From NCBI GenBank assembly GCA_976226885.1, contig OZ320322.1, positions 49,228,001-49,292,000 of the forward strand: a stretch of 64,000 nt of DNA, given 5' to 3'. How positions within the stretch are numbered: position 1 is the first letter of the stretch; each line of letters starts with the position of its first letter. The stretch comes from Iphione sp. A-MEVVRFRX5. Lineage: Eukaryota. The notes beneath the pieces are model-generated. The model had not been told where the DNA came from and searched no databases. It saw only the letters and a list, made by a program, of their open reading frames with translations. Positions 33,601-48,744 of the stretch are shown here, piece by piece. The position numbers were made by a program, and so were the translations under genes.

Positions 33601-36600
33601 TTTTTTCTTATGGAGACCCAAAGCTAGTAGAGCTCATAAGGGAAGAGGGGAGGCTCTTGTTGTAAAGTTCGGTTAAATGGGCCTAAAGAGAGATTGTCAG
33701 AAAATCAGTTTCGAACGATGGAAACAGAGGCGAAAAGCGCTTGAATTTCGTTCCTCTTGTGACATTCTCTGCAGGCTAAAATATAATGAGAGTATAACCG
33801 CCCAAAATCTTATTTAATTAGCAATTTGTGTCAGAATGTGGCCATTTTATAAAATTAGGCCTAATTGACGGAACGGTAGGGGGGCCTTTTAACGACCAAG
33901 AAGGAAACCAAATGCCCCCAGGGGCCCCGTTGTTTCACTTTTGGTCCGAGTGTCAACGCAAACCAAGCGCAAGCGAAGACAACGCCCACTACAGGCGATA
34001 ACGAGCAACGGGGAGCAATTATGGCGGTGTTCCGTCGCTGGTAATTAGGCCGAAAATCATTTCGAATATGTTATAATTAGCATCGTGGAGAAGGACGGGC
34101 TGATTAGTGGCCTGGCAGGGGCCGGTGTAAGATGGATGAGCGTGGAGGGCCTGTCGCACCTGTGACCTGTGGCTTCTGCTTTGCGCCAATGTTGCCAACT
34201 GCCTGCTGATAGCCTAGAGGCAAACGGTCGAGTTGCTCCTTGCATCCCAACCCCCTGACGATTCCCTTCAGCTCCCTACGCTTCAAGCCAACCTTTAACT
34301 GATGGCAGTTAAGTGTTATACCCCTAGCGGCATAGATGTATCTGTACCCCTTACCTTACCTCAGCCCCCCTCCTCTACCCACCATCCATCTCATCTCCAG
34401 GAAGTGGACCCCTGCCGAGCGTTGTCGGCTCACATCTTTACATGTGAGCTGCTCGGACCCGGGGCGCGACCTGCTCGACCGCTGGACGGCCCGAAATGAG
34501 TTCCTACTCCTGATTCAATCACCTCAAGGCGTCAAGCTTAGAGGGGGCTGTCAGTGAACGGAGGGGCGTGGCGGCGAGCCGTACAGGAAGCGAGACGCGC
34601 CGCCAGAGGTCGCGTCGACAAGCGCGCAGTCGGCGGAAACGGAACCCCCCAGGCGCCGGATCGATTCCACACCAATTGCGTACGCGTCGCTTATTGCCCC
34701 TCTCTCTGCTGAGGGATATTAAGGAGCCGGAGGGGAATGAAGTTGGAGGTCGTATACGGTCGGTGGGGCGGCTCGCGGTCCTCCCCGTAGATAGAGCCTG
34801 AATCACTCACCTTGGTGTAAAGGATTCCAGCAGGTCCGGATTAAAATAGCCCCTCGGGGAGAGCCAAATAGCCGCTGTCGGCCGCAGGCCAGCAGGCAGG
34901 GAGGCCCGCAGGCAATCATGTACCGCCACTAACCAGATTTGTTTTGACTTTGGGATCGCTTTTAATTATGTCGTCCCTAGTAAATGGGGGGAATTTTGCA
35001 TCCGTTTCCTGATGATAAATCAGGTTCCTTATTACTTCGCTCTCGCATGTTTCTATACTTATGCGCTCTGGCTTACCCATCCCCTCCACTCCTACCCCAT
35101 TCCCCCCGGTCAAAGAATCAAATATTGCAGGAGAAAGTAGAGTGAGTTCCAAATAAACTGACGCCAGAATCAGATGGTTTCATAATTTTTCTCGTTTTAT
35201 GAAGTCTGTTCATAGAATTGTCAAAGTTTCTTCGATAGCCATAATTCAGAACTCGAGGTAAAACTGCTTAATCCTACCAATTACAAGATATAAGTCCATC
35301 CGGTTTCGGATCCCTGGAATATTTACACAAGGTAATGATGTATTTGGTAAATACTTGTGATTTTCGCTCCTTGGCTGGAGCTCCCCAGGGGTAACAGCAC
35401 TTCATCTGGCAGAAACAGGAGGCTATCGCACCTTTGAAAGGCCGGGGAGGGAAGGGGACTTAATTTAATAACCACCGTCTAAGGCTGCCCGTTGATAAAC
35501 ATCCTTGGCTGCGTACACATTTTCTTTTCTTATCGCCCCAAATCACCCGAATGAGGCGCACAGTCGTCGTCACTATCTGAAATAACGAGCCTCGCCATTT
35601 GCACAGCACCCTTCGATTCAAAGCGCCGCCTATCTCTCGCGAGATAACGAGCGCTGCCGAGCGATCTCGCGAGATCTGTGCTGGCGTTTTTGAACAAACT
35701 ACGTCTCGCCAGGCGAAGCGGCTCCTCTCATCAGGCGCGCCTGGCTCTCGGCCGAGGCTGTGGCGTGACCGTTTAGTCTAATTAATTGTATAATCAGCCA
35801 ATTTCGGACGAGCAGGCTAACCTAAACAAATAATGAGAGAATTAAGATAAGCCCCGACGACTCGCGGCTCATATGGGATACGAGGATAGGCAGACCACGC
35901 TAAATGAGCAACATCGGAAATTACAGTCGTTTTTTATGTTATTTTTACGCACCCCTCAACGTTAGACTATTGTTTAAGCATGGGTGTTTTGATATTGGTT
36001 TATACTTGTTCAATTTTTAGCTCAGGAATTTGTAATATATCAAAGGGATAAGATACTGTAAGTGGTTTTCTTTTATTAATGTGTATATTGTATTCGTGCA
36101 TGTTCGCTATAAGACTCGAAATATGGAAATATGTACATGTAGATTTGAATAAAATCATTTCCACAAATGAACATTCATGTCTGGGAAAATTGATCCCGGT
36201 AAGAGGAGATCCCATCGTTGTGTTGCAGTCGTACTGTAGGTGTCAGATGTACAGTCTAATCTCAATTAAAAACCAGATTGACTGAAACAGAGACCAAATA
36301 TACAGTCGATACCCTCTTAAAGACCAACTCACAGGGAAAACCAACCCTGGAGAGGGACCAACATCATCTAGTCCCAAACTGGCTGTTGACATTAATTAGT
36401 GATCAACTCACAGGGGAGACCAATCCTGGAGAGAGGCCAAAATCCCCAAATCCTCAGGTTGGTCTCCCACCCAAGTTTCATATGCAGTACCATACACCCA
36501 CGTTTCTTTCTAGAAAAAAAAACCACAGAGGACACCACGCCACAGCAGAGACCAGATTTCTCAAATCCGAGAGGTGTCTCCTTGGCTGTATACTGGTTCA

Positions 36601-39600
36601 TAAACGTGTACTTGAGACATTCCTTCTAGACCCAAATGTCAAATTTCATCTACGAGTAAGAAATGGGGCTGATACCGTTGATGAAAGAAAGTGTTGGTGG
36701 ACTGTTCGGGTGAATTATACGCCCGACACAGTGACGTTGGCAATATGCTTTGTCTAAAACACATGCGGATTGATTTCTTTCTCAGGCCTAATACTGTGTA
36801 TTCCTCGTGTGTTTGCGCCGTATGGGTTGCATGGTCCAGTGAAAGGCATTTTTAGCTATCCTCACCGTTCCATTGAGCAGACTGTTGTACATAGTCGTGG
36901 TGCATACACACATGAAAGTAACGGTAGTTTGGAGACTCAGACGTACATGAAGTCACTAAGAGGTCTGGGGATGAACAGTCTAACAGCCCCTGGATGTATG
37001 TGTGTATGTATAATGTGTTTTTCTTACCTGTTATCACACATTTTCTCTTTATATCCACATATTCTGAAAACTGGGACAGTGCCCCGGTTTGTACATTATG
37101 GATAGATAAGTTAAAACATGAATAGTGATGTTCAGCCTGTGATGTGTAGTGTTTACTTCGATCACTCGTGCATTAATGCACAATGGATACCTAAATCTCG
37201 GAAAATGGCTTTTTGGAAGTGTTTGTTCTGCTGTTAAGTTTACTATTCTGCCCATAGTACTCATACACAAGAGACAAATAAGCATGGACTATACTCCTTG
37301 GTGATGCAGTATCTGCAAGCAGGGTGTATGTCACGGACTGCATGGTGTTTCTATTTGACTTGATCGTAGTTTTGAAACTTTAACAGCATATACTTCCACC
37401 GACTTCCTTTCTCTGAAATCGCCCCTTCCCACTCCCAGTCCCCCCCCACCCTACCCCCAAGGACGCTGGCGTGTCATGCCTGACAGCAACGTAATCAAAG
37501 ATGGGCCTCTAGATGTATATGACTAACGTAAACACGCTCGGCCGGTATATGCAGACATACATTTTGTGTTTTAGCGATGGCCATAGAGATCAGTCCCCTA
37601 AGCCAAACCGATGGCCGCTGCTGGTCGCTGCGGAGAGTTTCAGGGGGTCGAGCAGATGGGCGCCCAGCATGGGAGCCGCTGAGCACCTCATCGCTTCTCG
37701 CGCCTCTCACCACGTGGCGCCCCAAGTCGCAATGACGCTGAGCCCCTGGTACCAAGAGGAGAAACCCCGCGCGCAGCACGTGGTCATCGCCGACCAACCA
37801 ATTACGACCGCGCATGCGTACCTAAAGGATAGTACTCTACGCATCAATGACGGTGAGGGTGGTTTTGCAATTGTCCACCAAGAATCGCTGGAAATGATAT
37901 TCGTGTTGTGTTAACTGGTATTTGTGGTAAATCTGTATAGCATCTTCATATATTTGACTGATGCCACCGGTCACTTGACTTTTAGAACTTAATGCATTTT
38001 CCAGGGTGATGTTCAGTATACATGGTCAGAGGTGTTCTAAATTCAGCCACCCTTTTAACACAGGGACCCCTTCTTAATTTAAAATAAAATCTTGCTACAT
38101 CCCTTCAGGAAAATGCTTCCATCCATTTTTTAGATTGACCTTCATGAACACATCTTTATCTTTGGCTGATTGTACAGTTTCTAAGCTTTAAATTCATCAT
38201 CTCATGTTGCACATTACTTCTACGTTTAAACCAAAACATAAAGTGCAAGTGCAGCCACTTTCTCTGTTATGTTATGAACAATTGTAACTACTTAGTCGTT
38301 AGGCTACACTATGTGATGTCTATGGTCAGCTCAGTTAAACACAAGTACGTGTATATGTATGTGTCATTTTATCAATTTCAAATATTTAATTATATTTTCC
38401 TCATGTAGGTATACTTGTTTCATGTTTTAACCCCCCCCCCCCTCCCACGGTGACATGAGGCGAAGTATTAAGCAATGGTGACAAAAATTCTAGGAATATA
38501 CTTGATAGTGACAGAAACGACACTTTTTAAGGAATTTATGAACGAGACGATATCACATCTTTAGGCAAAAGCTGGAAAACCAATCCCTGTAATTGACCGA
38601 TAAATGCATCGTGTAATGAAATCAAAATGACACTGTACTGCAACACTTTCCTGACTGCTGCCCAGAAAAATGTAAACAGTGTCAGACCATCATTTTAATG
38701 ATGCAGAGATTGGTGAATTTTATAACTGTATGTGAGGGGTTGCTTCTGGATGCAGCAGCTAGGAGGATGTCTGTTTACCGTTCATTGTATAAAACTTGCC
38801 AAGGTCATCCACCTGCAGCCGGCAAAAACTGCACAGATACAAATCACATGCAAATCATTATGGAAGTCCATTTGGAGGTGGTTATTCGATACTCAGCCAT
38901 GTATTTGTATATGCACAAACCAATCTTAGCAGTTATAAACGTATATGTAAGCCAAATTTCTCTAAGTTTCTGATAATTTTGTATGAAATTCTGTAAAGTA
39001 GAATAAAATGATCACAGACTATTCAAAGCAAGACCCATGTTTGCCCTGTCCCTTGGTTCTGAAACTCACATTCTGCAACAGCAGCTCCTATAGTGGTGAT
39101 GTGGTCCAAGGCAATTGGTGTTGTGTTCCTAACATGACATCTATAGGAGGTTCAAAGTCCCCCATCCAAGCACCTATAATCATTACAGTTTTGTAATGGT
39201 GTGCCAGAATAGCAGTACAACATAGTGCTATACTGTCCTCCGCTTAATTTGTTCCCTTCACGTACCCCGTGGCGAGGATGGATCCTAGCTGCTGCTTGTA
39301 GAACAATTAACCCTGTCTTGTTGATGATGTAGATTTCATTAAGCTCATATTCATGCAGAGCTCCATACAGCCACTCAGAACCAAACGTCCTGAAATGTAG
39401 ACATACAATACATGTATTTTGTAATAGACCCTTAATTAAGATTTCCAAGGAGTCCATATCTGAATGTACATTTTACCGTCCTTTTGTAGAACCAAACATA
39501 ACAAAGGTTGTGATTTTGAATAGTTTAATGGAGGCCAGGAGACTGGATGTACAAAACCGAATTCTAATTTGAATAAATGAATGATGGAATGATTTATAAT

Positions 39601-41210
39601 CTCTGACATGATGAACTTTTCTTTCATAACAAACTGGAAAACAGTGCATTTGCTGTGTATACAATTTTCCTTAACTAACTAAATATTATTCCTTCTACGA
39701 ATAACATGTTCTCCAGAATAATCTAAGGAGGAAAAGATATTTAAAAGAAAGTGCCATATCTGTAGTTTACTTTATGTTCAGAAATTGAAATGTGATCTAG
39801 GTACATCATTTTATGAATATTGTTTATGGAAGTTTCTGGATCAGTGGCATTCACAGAACCTTGTTCCAATGTGAACAATGTTTGCCCATCATTGCGTCTT
39901 GTCTGTCGAGTCTTTCAAACTCTCATGTTTTTTTCATGAATCAGGAGTTTTATCCTCTTTTTTTTTCTGAATATTGAGCAATACTCAGGACCACACAGAG
40001 TCAACAGGAAATATATTAAGGTCTAAATGTTCAAGTGTGTTAGAGTTTGTTTCTAAGTATGCCTGTTAAATTGACCGCGGAATTGTGTTGCACTCCAATT
40101 GACCTTGTTACAAGACCAATTCATGCACTTTGGTGGCGAACCTTTTGATCGGAGCAGTTCAATAATGCCTTGGTGAATGATTGCTGTCATGGCCTCACAC
40201 AAACTCCTGTTGTTCCGGTGCCTGGTGACAAATGGTACCCTCACGTAAAGCTACAATCTACGTCTACGGTACACTTGATAGTGATTTAATCACGATAAAG
40301 GCCATCGACAGGCAGTTTAAAATTGGTTCGGCCAGCAGAGACCGCGCGCATGGTTTGAAGTGGGGGCACTCGAGTATAATTGGACAAGCTATATGGTATT
40401 CAAACTTTATGCTTTATTAACTCTGCGTGTCAACAAATAATTGCCCTTGGAGCTGTCTGATATAAGTTGTGATTGCGGTGAAATATGTCCATACAGGTGG
40501 TATGATACCATTTATCAGCCGCCGGGGTTGGGTTTCTGGTGGGCACTACTCCTGGAGGTCCAACGCAGCTCGCATTTCGTCCATTTTGAATTCCAAGCCT
40601 GACCCTCCACACAATACGTGATAAATGCTTTAACGATCTCCGACTATTGTGGGAATGTTGAGGTGCATATAATAGGATTGTGCTTGTTAACCATTTCACA
40701 ATGCTCATGACCTCGACCAAAGTGGACAGTATATTATTATGGACTTTTTAATAATCAGCTGAGAATGCACATTTTTCAAGCGAGATATAAATCTCTTATT
40801 GATCGTTTCAATTGCATACCCACAGAGAAATATCCCCAACGGCTTCGTCGGCCTAATTGTGCAAGCGTAACTTTGTATAGCTTGAATGTGGCAGGAAACC
40901 GCATGATCAAACTGTATTCATTGATGATTAATTCTCATACATACTCTTGTATATAGGTCTATTTCATAAAAAGTCCTTCTACACCAAGGTTAAGACAAGA
41001 ACATTTCTATAACGATATTCAGACTTCTGAACTGAATACAAGATATTGCGGTATTCTCGAGATGATTCAATTGAGTCCCTAAAACTTACCTATACTTTAT
41101 TTTTGATCAGTTTTCCATTACAGTTACAAAAATTACCAATAATATACACAAATGCAGCAGGATGGGGACAGGTTTTGCTGGAACCAAGCCTTTTATCCAT
41201 ACTTTATGTA

Positions 41211-41446
41211 CAGTCGACTCTCCCAAATGTGGACACCCACCGTTTAACCCCAGACTGTCCTCATTTTTGACACATCAACATTGTAGATCAGTAAGTAGGG
41301 TATGGGATGGGGCCGGCCAAACCTGGAAATGTTATCCCTTTCTCCCTCTCTCTCTACAAAGTGTACATCCTAAAAGCGCAGAATTTAATACGTAAGAGTC
41401 CTAACAATTTTTAATTTGAGGAGTAAAAGTCCATCTTGGAAAACTG
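41211..41446. mobile_element. Degenerate CAGT-TIR MITE
   Basis: TA|CAGTCGACTCTCCCAAATGTGGAC ... GTCCATCTTGGAAAACTG|TA; TIRs only partly match. Confidence 0.35.
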
Positions 41447-44400
41447 TAGACACCACTTAATCTAGGACACTTCCACTGGGAAACAAGGCCGTTCTATACC
41501 AATTAAGCGAGGCTTTACTTTGCATGTGGTTTAACTTTATCTACTTCAGGTTCATGTGGTGTTTTTTAGCACTTGCATGTCGAGTGATATTGGGGTTCCG
41601 TGTGATCGCCTCAGTCAATTACATGTACTCTATTCATATGAAAAAAGAGGAATAAAAAATCGAAATAAAAACGATGCAGTGTTTCCTTTCGTGACGGTAA
41701 CACTTAGCCTGAGTGACCTATACAACTTAGTAATACCCCTTCTTCTAAAACGCATGTAATAATTAAGCTATTGTTAATCTCTGTAAAGCGCCGCGCTTAT
41801 ATAGTATATAAAACCAAAAGTTCATCGGTTATGGAAAGTATTGCTTCATCTAAATATATCATGCTTATTGTCTATATGAAAACAAACTTAAGGAGCACTA
41901 ATGTGTGTCCTCGGAGATCAAACAGTGGAACCTGTCTACTACAGACAGCAAAGAGACTGAAAGTGAACCGTCCATAAAATGGGATGTGCTTAATAGCAGG
42001 AATATTTAAACATAAATATATATAGATTTGGTTCTGTTTCCAGTCTGTCCATAACATGGGGTGCATCCTAAACAGAGAATTGTCCGCGATGGGGGGGGGG
42101 GGGGTTCTGTGCAGTGGAGAACAATTTTTGTTGCTGCTGGTCGTATACTGTATGTGATCTTTTATCCTGTACCACCTTCCTTTGAGAAGTGAAGACTGAT
42201 AAGTGAGAGCTGCTGTAAGGCCCCATAGGATAGACTTCGTGATTTGTCAACTGAGTGACTGTTTCAGTGTTTTCGTACTTTTTCTAGACATTATATCGTT
42301 ACTATCAGATTGCTGTGACTAGGCACGGGACACTGGCCGCGCCTTGTCTCAACCAGTCAACAGTAGGTGGCACTGCAGTTCTTCTGACCTCGTGACAGGC
42401 CATTTTCACACGTGACCATTTGTTACTAAAATGTGCGGCGGCGCTTTGCCGCCAAAGAGCCGTTCAAGGAAGCCCAATAGTGATTTTCCCGCCGATTCCG
42501 GGCCGGTTGTCGTCTGCTGCCGTTCCTGCTGATGTCGCGCGTCTGTTTCCGATCGCCGCCGACTGCGGCTGACACAGGCCACGATAGCGATGCGTGACAA
42601 GGAGGCGGCCGACATGTTGGCCAGTGCTTGGCCCGTCTCGTCATGGCGTCTCCAGTGCTTCTTCAGTGTCGTCTGCTGCACACACCAACATGCATCTATC
42701 ACCGCCGCGCCCGCGCCCCTTACGTACGCACCGCACTTACGTACATGCCTACGGCAGGACGTCATTGGCCGAGGTTCAAGTGGGGAAAACAAACGAGATC
42801 CCTGTCCTTCAAGTACGCAGTTCGCACCGACAAAAGAATGGATGAATGTCAGGAATACACTTCCTTGGTTTTGGGATTTGTTGCGCCATGTTTTCGCTCA
42901 ATCCTAACAGCTGCTAAAGTAAATGATTGGTGTAACGTGGTTGGAAGTACTTTCCTTGCTTCGTGTCGTTGGTCAAGAGTGTTTGACACTCAACAACCGT
43001 TAAGGGGAAAACAGTCACACCAATGCTTGTATTGGAAAAAGAAAATTGTTCTTACGCTTTATCCTACAGTGGCTGTCTTTTAACTCGAAACGACACTCCT
43101 GTCTCCAGAAAATTGAATCACATGTACTCGTATTGATCCCGTTATCTTTCTGATCGCTTCACTTTTGGTATGCTAATCGTAAACGTATAAGTTGCAATTC
43201 AAACTAAACCGAAGCGAGAAAAAAACAACCCCCAAGTTAGTGTCATATGGATACGTATCGGTAAAAGGGAAATGGGTCAAGAAGGATACAGATACCGCTT
43301 TTAAACACTTCCCAGAGGGTGTACCTTTTTCCTCGTTTCCTTTGAGCTGTCTCTGCAACCTGTGCACTCAGGAAATGTCTACCAAACAGGTTTAAATTCA
43401 CGGTTTCAGAGAAGGAGGGGTACACTAACCCGACAGTTAAGTTAAAGGTGAGGCTATGTGGTAGATATACCCTGCAGTCGCGGCCACGGTAAGCAGACTG
43501 ACAACACGCCCCCCCCCCCGCTCCCCCCTCCTTCAACATCTCCTCTATGAGGGCTGCTGGTGGGATGTGGCGACGGGGGCGGGGGGGGGGTAGAGAAAGG
43601 GGGAGGGGGAGAGAGTCGTAGATCACGACCTGCCGGACGGACTAATACACACATTACAAGCTCAATTGAAGAGCGCTCCGCTGCGAGTTGACAATAGCCC
43701 GCAGTTATGTCTTCAAGTCGCGCCGTTGCATGAGGATATATCATCGGCCTTTTGCAACGGTCTGTCTCCTGCCTTCCCTCCCCCCACCTCCATCTTTTTC
43801 AGGTGAACGGGATAGGGGTGGGCGCAAACCCAAGGCTGAGGAAGCTTACTGGGTTAGGAGAGGATGAGGGTGCAGTTTAAGAGACAGTAAGGGGGGGGGG
43901 GTTAGGGAAAGGGACCAACGAATCGGGAATGGACGAACCTACAAGCCAGAAGCGATATGAGCCGGTAGGGTAGGCCGAGGACAGAGGGCAAACGTGTTGA
44001 TGTCCCAACTACCACCATCCATAGCCATTTTTACGCCGTGTATAACTGAAGGGTACGGGCTTCAGCGGAGAGCTCCCCCTGGAGACAATCACTGTAACCA
44101 GTAAAGATACAGGCCACTTTATAATGGCCGGTGATTTTCATGTCACATAAGCACGTGCGGAATATTTCATGTTAAATGAGGCGTATGTAATAAAATATGA
44201 CCTAGTTCATTTTGGGGTATCCATATTACCAATGCATTTGATGACTAGAGATATATCAAATCTTCTCACTGGATGCATCATAAATTGTGCCTAAGGATCA
44301 ATTTATACACACGTCAGGTTTCTCGTCTGCTTTTGCCTTGAAGCAATGCCGATTTCTTGTTTCTTTGATTGGTGCTTGTTAAACAGAACAAAGAGGGATT

Positions 44401-45665
44401 CCATGTTACAAAATAGTCAGGCACAAATCAGAAGTATATGCACACGTGAAGCTGAGGAAATAGGCACTGAGCTCCATCCTCCTATGTGAGCATGCTTTCC
44501 TCTGTGTTCCTCTGGTTTGAACAGGTCAAAAGTCTAGGTACTTACAGGCATGCTGAATACATGAGGTATTAGTCGGATTGGTAATGAGGGGTTACTGGAT
44601 CTGTATAATATAAGGACTCAATCCAGCACTGTCAGGTTGTGTAACAAAAATCCACTAAAAACATCATATATGCATGTATTTGTCATGTACCAAAGTTGAA
44701 TGTGGGCAATTGCGCTGTACAATTTCAGAATGTTTTATTAGGTGAAGGAGAGGGAAACAGATACAAAGAGAGAGACAGGGAAAGAAACTAGAGAGTGAAA
44801 ATGGTAGAAAAGGGAGGAAAAACTCTCTTCTCCTTTCTATCCTCCCTTCTGTCTTCATTCCTCTCTATCTTCTTCCCTTTCTGTTTGACTCTCTAATTTT
44901 CCGTTTCATCCCCATTTTAATATATTTTATATTCAAACTTTTAATACAATTGTTGTGTAAAAAAAAACTGGACAAATGACAAAAATGGAAATTCTTGAAT
45001 TGTTCAGACCTTTTCCGAAAATGTGCTGCACAATTCAAAAATTGTATAAATTTTACTTTGGCGCATAGCACACAGTAGCATGCATACCCATGCACCATAG
45101 CTCAGTGTATCACTTGTGGCAGTGTTATCAGACATGAGCATCACAGACAACATAATTATGGATGATAGATGCCAAAGTGGAATTTGCGCAGTTTTGTAGT
45201 CGTTCGGTGCCTGTTGTGAATGTGAACACTTCCACAGGTATTATTTCAGTTTTATCAACTGTGTATAGGGGTTCAATATTCATAGACATATGGCTCAGTG
45301 TAAAATCAACATTACCCCTCATTTACTTAGCATGTCACAATTTGCTAATTACACATGGGCAGTATGCAGTATACCTTTGCTTAAGGTGGGTTCAAATTGG
45401 CCATGCAAATAAAGTAAATAAAAGTAAACAAAAGCGGGTCTTCTACACATTTTTATTGACCTCAACTGATATGTATGATATGTATACTCATTCAAAGTCA
45501 ATTAGTTAAGAAACTATCACAACTGACAACAAGACAAGTATAACGGTGAGCAGTTGGAGGACTCAAGAGGTGACTATAGGTACCATGCATTTGCATGGAT
45601 GTATGGTGTACTCAATAAAACATCTAAGTGGACAGTACACAATTTCATAGACCTCAGCTGATATA

Positions 45666-45842
45666 CAGTGGAGCCTGTATTACCGACCACATCAATTACC
45701 GACCATTCTCAATTTGAGACCAACTGAGATGGGAACAAAAATCATATTTTCTATGGGAATTGTGATCAATTTACGACCAAATTCACCAATACGACCACTT
45801 GAGCTTGGTCCCAAGTGGTGGTCAGTAATAGAGACTCCACTG
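45666..45842. mobile_element. MITE family CAGTGGAG, copy 1 (177 bp)
   Basis: TA|CAGTGGAGCCTGTATTACCGACCAC ... GTGGTCAGTAATAGAGACTCCACTG|TA; related copy at 54078. Confidence 0.8.
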
Positions 45843-45947
45843 TACATACATTGTACCTGTAAGAAACTTATGCTAAAGATCAATGATGAGAGTACACAAT
45901 AGTGAACTGTACCAAAAGTGTATATGCTCTAATAATATATTGTATAA
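45826..45947 (+). repeat. 122-bp direct repeat, copy 1 (flanks the Ngaro element)
   Basis: Identical by eye to 48746..48867. Confidence 0.9.
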
Positions 45948-46212
45948 TAACAGTTCCAACAACGGACAAACACAGTAATGGGGTTGAACATAGTTCTCTT
46001 TATTACATAGACACAAAGCTAAAAATTTTTCTAGTTGAATGACGCGATCCTACAACGGGCGTCAGAGGAACATATGTAACCTAGCAACAATGTATACAAT
46101 GTAGCTGAGCCAATGAGAACCGTTAACTTATATACATATACAGATCGTATATTACATATAATAACAGTTCCAACAACGGACAAACACAGTAATGGGGTTG
46201 AACATAGTTCTC
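45943..46212 (-). repeat. Split direct repeats: 56-bp B repeat at 45943..45998 and 46157..46212 around a 158-bp spacer
   Basis: TATAATAACAGTTCCAACAACGGACAAACACAGTAATGGGGTTGAACATAGTTCTC occurs twice. Confidence 0.85.
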
Positions 46213-46220
46213 CAATCCAA

Positions 46221-47156
46221 TTAAAGGAGAGAAGAAGAAACACACTCGTCATTGTCCACTAAAACTTGCATTGATGGGCAAATGTACTTGAACACTTCAT
46301 TAGAACGCCAATTCCCCCTGGCCTTAATGTAGCTCACTGGCATCCCCAAACTAGCTAGATAAGTCGCACCCCCTCTCCTTAGAGAATGAGAACTCACATA
46401 ACCTGAGATACCCGCTTTAAAAGAATAAGACTTTAGTTTCCCCTGAAAAGAAGCATAGGACATGCTAACCCTACCTTCACCAGATGGGTACGAAAACAAG
46501 AGATCTTCTCCATGACCATCAAAAGTATCAATCAAAAGTAAAACAAGTGAAGCCGCACAAAGCCTTAGATCTTTACAGAACCTAAGCACCACATCAAAAG
46601 GTCTGAAACCGTACTGGTCATTTTTTGATTTACGAACCCTCAAACTCACTCCCCAACTGAATCTTGTAACATCATGCCTCCTAAACCCATCATCGGAAGT
46701 GAACCTATATTTCCTGAACAGACCTCTGAAGGCCAACACCAATGCCGTCCAAAATAAAAAATCATCTCTACTTGACATATCCACAAACTTAAAAATGCTT
46801 TTAATCTCCTCCAAGCTTAACGCCTTGGCTCTCTTAGGAGTCCTATCCAACTCCCTCTTCACACCCTGTAAAAATTGTTTGACCATGAAGCAACTGACAT
46901 TAGGCGGTTCAAAACCTTGAATCTTATGAGAAAAAACAACTCCTGAAAAATAATTCTGTATTGAACTAGGAACCATCCTCTTTGCTAGGAAACTACCAAA
47001 AACACATAATTGACTTGCCGAACAGGGATAAGCTTCAAGACGATAATCAGAGCAGAACTTCTCATACACCTTCCGTTGCCTATCTCTTGTCTTCAGAGTA
47101 TTAGGAGCCGATCCCGACCAGATGAATTCCTTAGCTCTCTTGCTCAGATCCTTCAT
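46221..47156 (-). CDS. Tyrosine recombinase of the retrotransposon (311 aa)
   Basis: ATG 47156 (track start 47198 is TTG). LFRK, SKND, HSLRRGGAT, GNWRS, FKYI give the R-K-H-R-W-Y catalytic set. Confidence 0.9.
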   Translation of the reverse strand: MKDLSKRAKEFIWSGSAPNTLKTRDRQRKVYEKFCSDYRLEAYPCSASQLCVFGSFLAKRMVPSSIQNYFSGVVFSHKIQGFEPPNVSCFMVKQFLQGVKRELDRTPKRAKALSLEEIKSIFKFVDMSSRDDFLFWTALVLAFRGLFRKYRFTSDDGFRRHDVTRFSWGVSLRVRKSKNDQYGFRPFDVVLRFCKDLRLCAASLVLLLIDTFDGHGEDLLFSYPSGEGRVSMSYASFQGKLKSYSFKAGISGYVSSHSLRRGGATYLASLGMPVSYIKARGNWRSNEVFKYICPSMQVLVDNDECVSSSLL

Positions 47157-48744
47157 ACCTCCTATGAAAAGAGAGAAACTTGTCTTTACAACAAGCAAAT
47201 GACGACCACTCCAAGTTCAACAACCTATCGAGACATTTTCTAGAGTCCAGTCTAGATAAACAGTCAGCTACCACATTCAAATCTGTTTGGATATATTCAG
47301 CCAATATATATATGTTGAAGATTGAACAAAGCCAAAAAATCTCCCGCAACCAGCTCATACACATCATATTGCTACTCCGACCGGTCCTCAACATATACAT
47401 CACTTGTGTGTTGTCCACATGAGCCAAGACCACCGAGTTCCTCCACGAATCTTTCCATCTTCTCAGAGCCACGACTACTGCCCACAACTCCTTGACGTTG
47501 ATGTTTTCCTCCACCAACTCGAGGCTAGGTTTACATTCCTCGTGTTGACATTTTAAGTCTTCAGACACACCGTGACACCAAGAACCACAAAACCAATCTG
47601 CGCCACAGTGTCCCCCAAAGCCAACTGTTGAAGAATCTGTGTAAAATTCTGCCGAGGGAGCTCTGACATCCAAGATTTTGGCCTTTCCATTGAAAACACT
47701 AGAGAAGGTACGCCACCAGCGGAGATCTTCAATAACACCCTCAGGAATATCAACCCTCTTCTTGACACCTTTAAGAGATTTTAGGAAATCATACACATTC
47801 CTTGTGTATGTCCTGCCCCCTCGAATCACAGTTGCACAATGAGCCAAAAGGCCTCCAATTTTTTCCACATCCTTCAAGCCAAGCCTCTTCCTACTCAAAG
47901 CCTCCTCCACTTTTTCCCTTAATAATTCCAATTTCCCTTCTGGAAGTCTCAACTCCATATCTAGCGAGCTGATCTCAATGCCCAGGAAAATGCAAATCTG
48001 CTTAGGCCAGACCACTTTGTTCATAGCAATCTCAAATCCAAGATCCTTTATCCTCCTCATCAGAGTCTCCAGACCAAACAGACAATCTTCTTCAGTCCCT
48101 CCAATCACAATAAAGTCATCCAAGTAATTTACCACTTGACAACCAGTATTGCAAGAGTCAAAAATCCTACTGACAAAATCAGAAATTCTAGAAAAAATGT
48201 ATGGGGCACACCTTAACCCAAATGTCAATGTGTTATTGATGAAAAACTTTTCTTCTCCATTCATCTCCCAACGAAAACCTTGGTACTCCCTATCCTGGAC
48301 TCTAACTGGGACTGAGCGGTAAGCACTTCTAATATCGGCTATACCCATGAAGTCACCTCTTTGTAAAACGTCTGCAACATTGTTCACTGAATTATACGAA
48401 AATTCATCCAAGCAAGATTCCATGTGGTTATTGATTGATCTACCTAATGGGCGGGAGCAGTCTGTAATAGGCCTAAGGGAACCATCCGATTTTTCCACCC
48501 CCCCCATAGCATGGATACATCTAGGCTTATCAGACACAATAGAAACATAACCTTTTCTCAACTCATCCGCGACCTTCGTATCCATCTGAGACTTGAAATC
48601 CTGGGTTAAAATAGATTTATAATTCCTACAATCATAGGAGATTTCGACATCATCATCCACTATTTTAAAACCCTCAACGACCCCATTCCAAATGAAACTC
48701 GAATTTTCATCTTCCAGGTAGTCCCCAAAACAAAATTTCTATTT
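47131..48744 (-). CDS. Reverse transcriptase-RNase H ORF, N-terminally truncated at the junction
   Basis: LRPITDCS, DIRSAY, LTFGLRCAP, YLDDF; RNase H FYTDSS, INVKEL, VDNT, ADCLSR. The frame stays open up to the insertion junction with no ATG. Confidence 0.92.

Noticed and set aside
36278-36757. 159-aa ORF as a host gene
   Set aside because: Non-ATG start, overlaps a TACAGT-starting MITE-like repeat, no domain or splice support.
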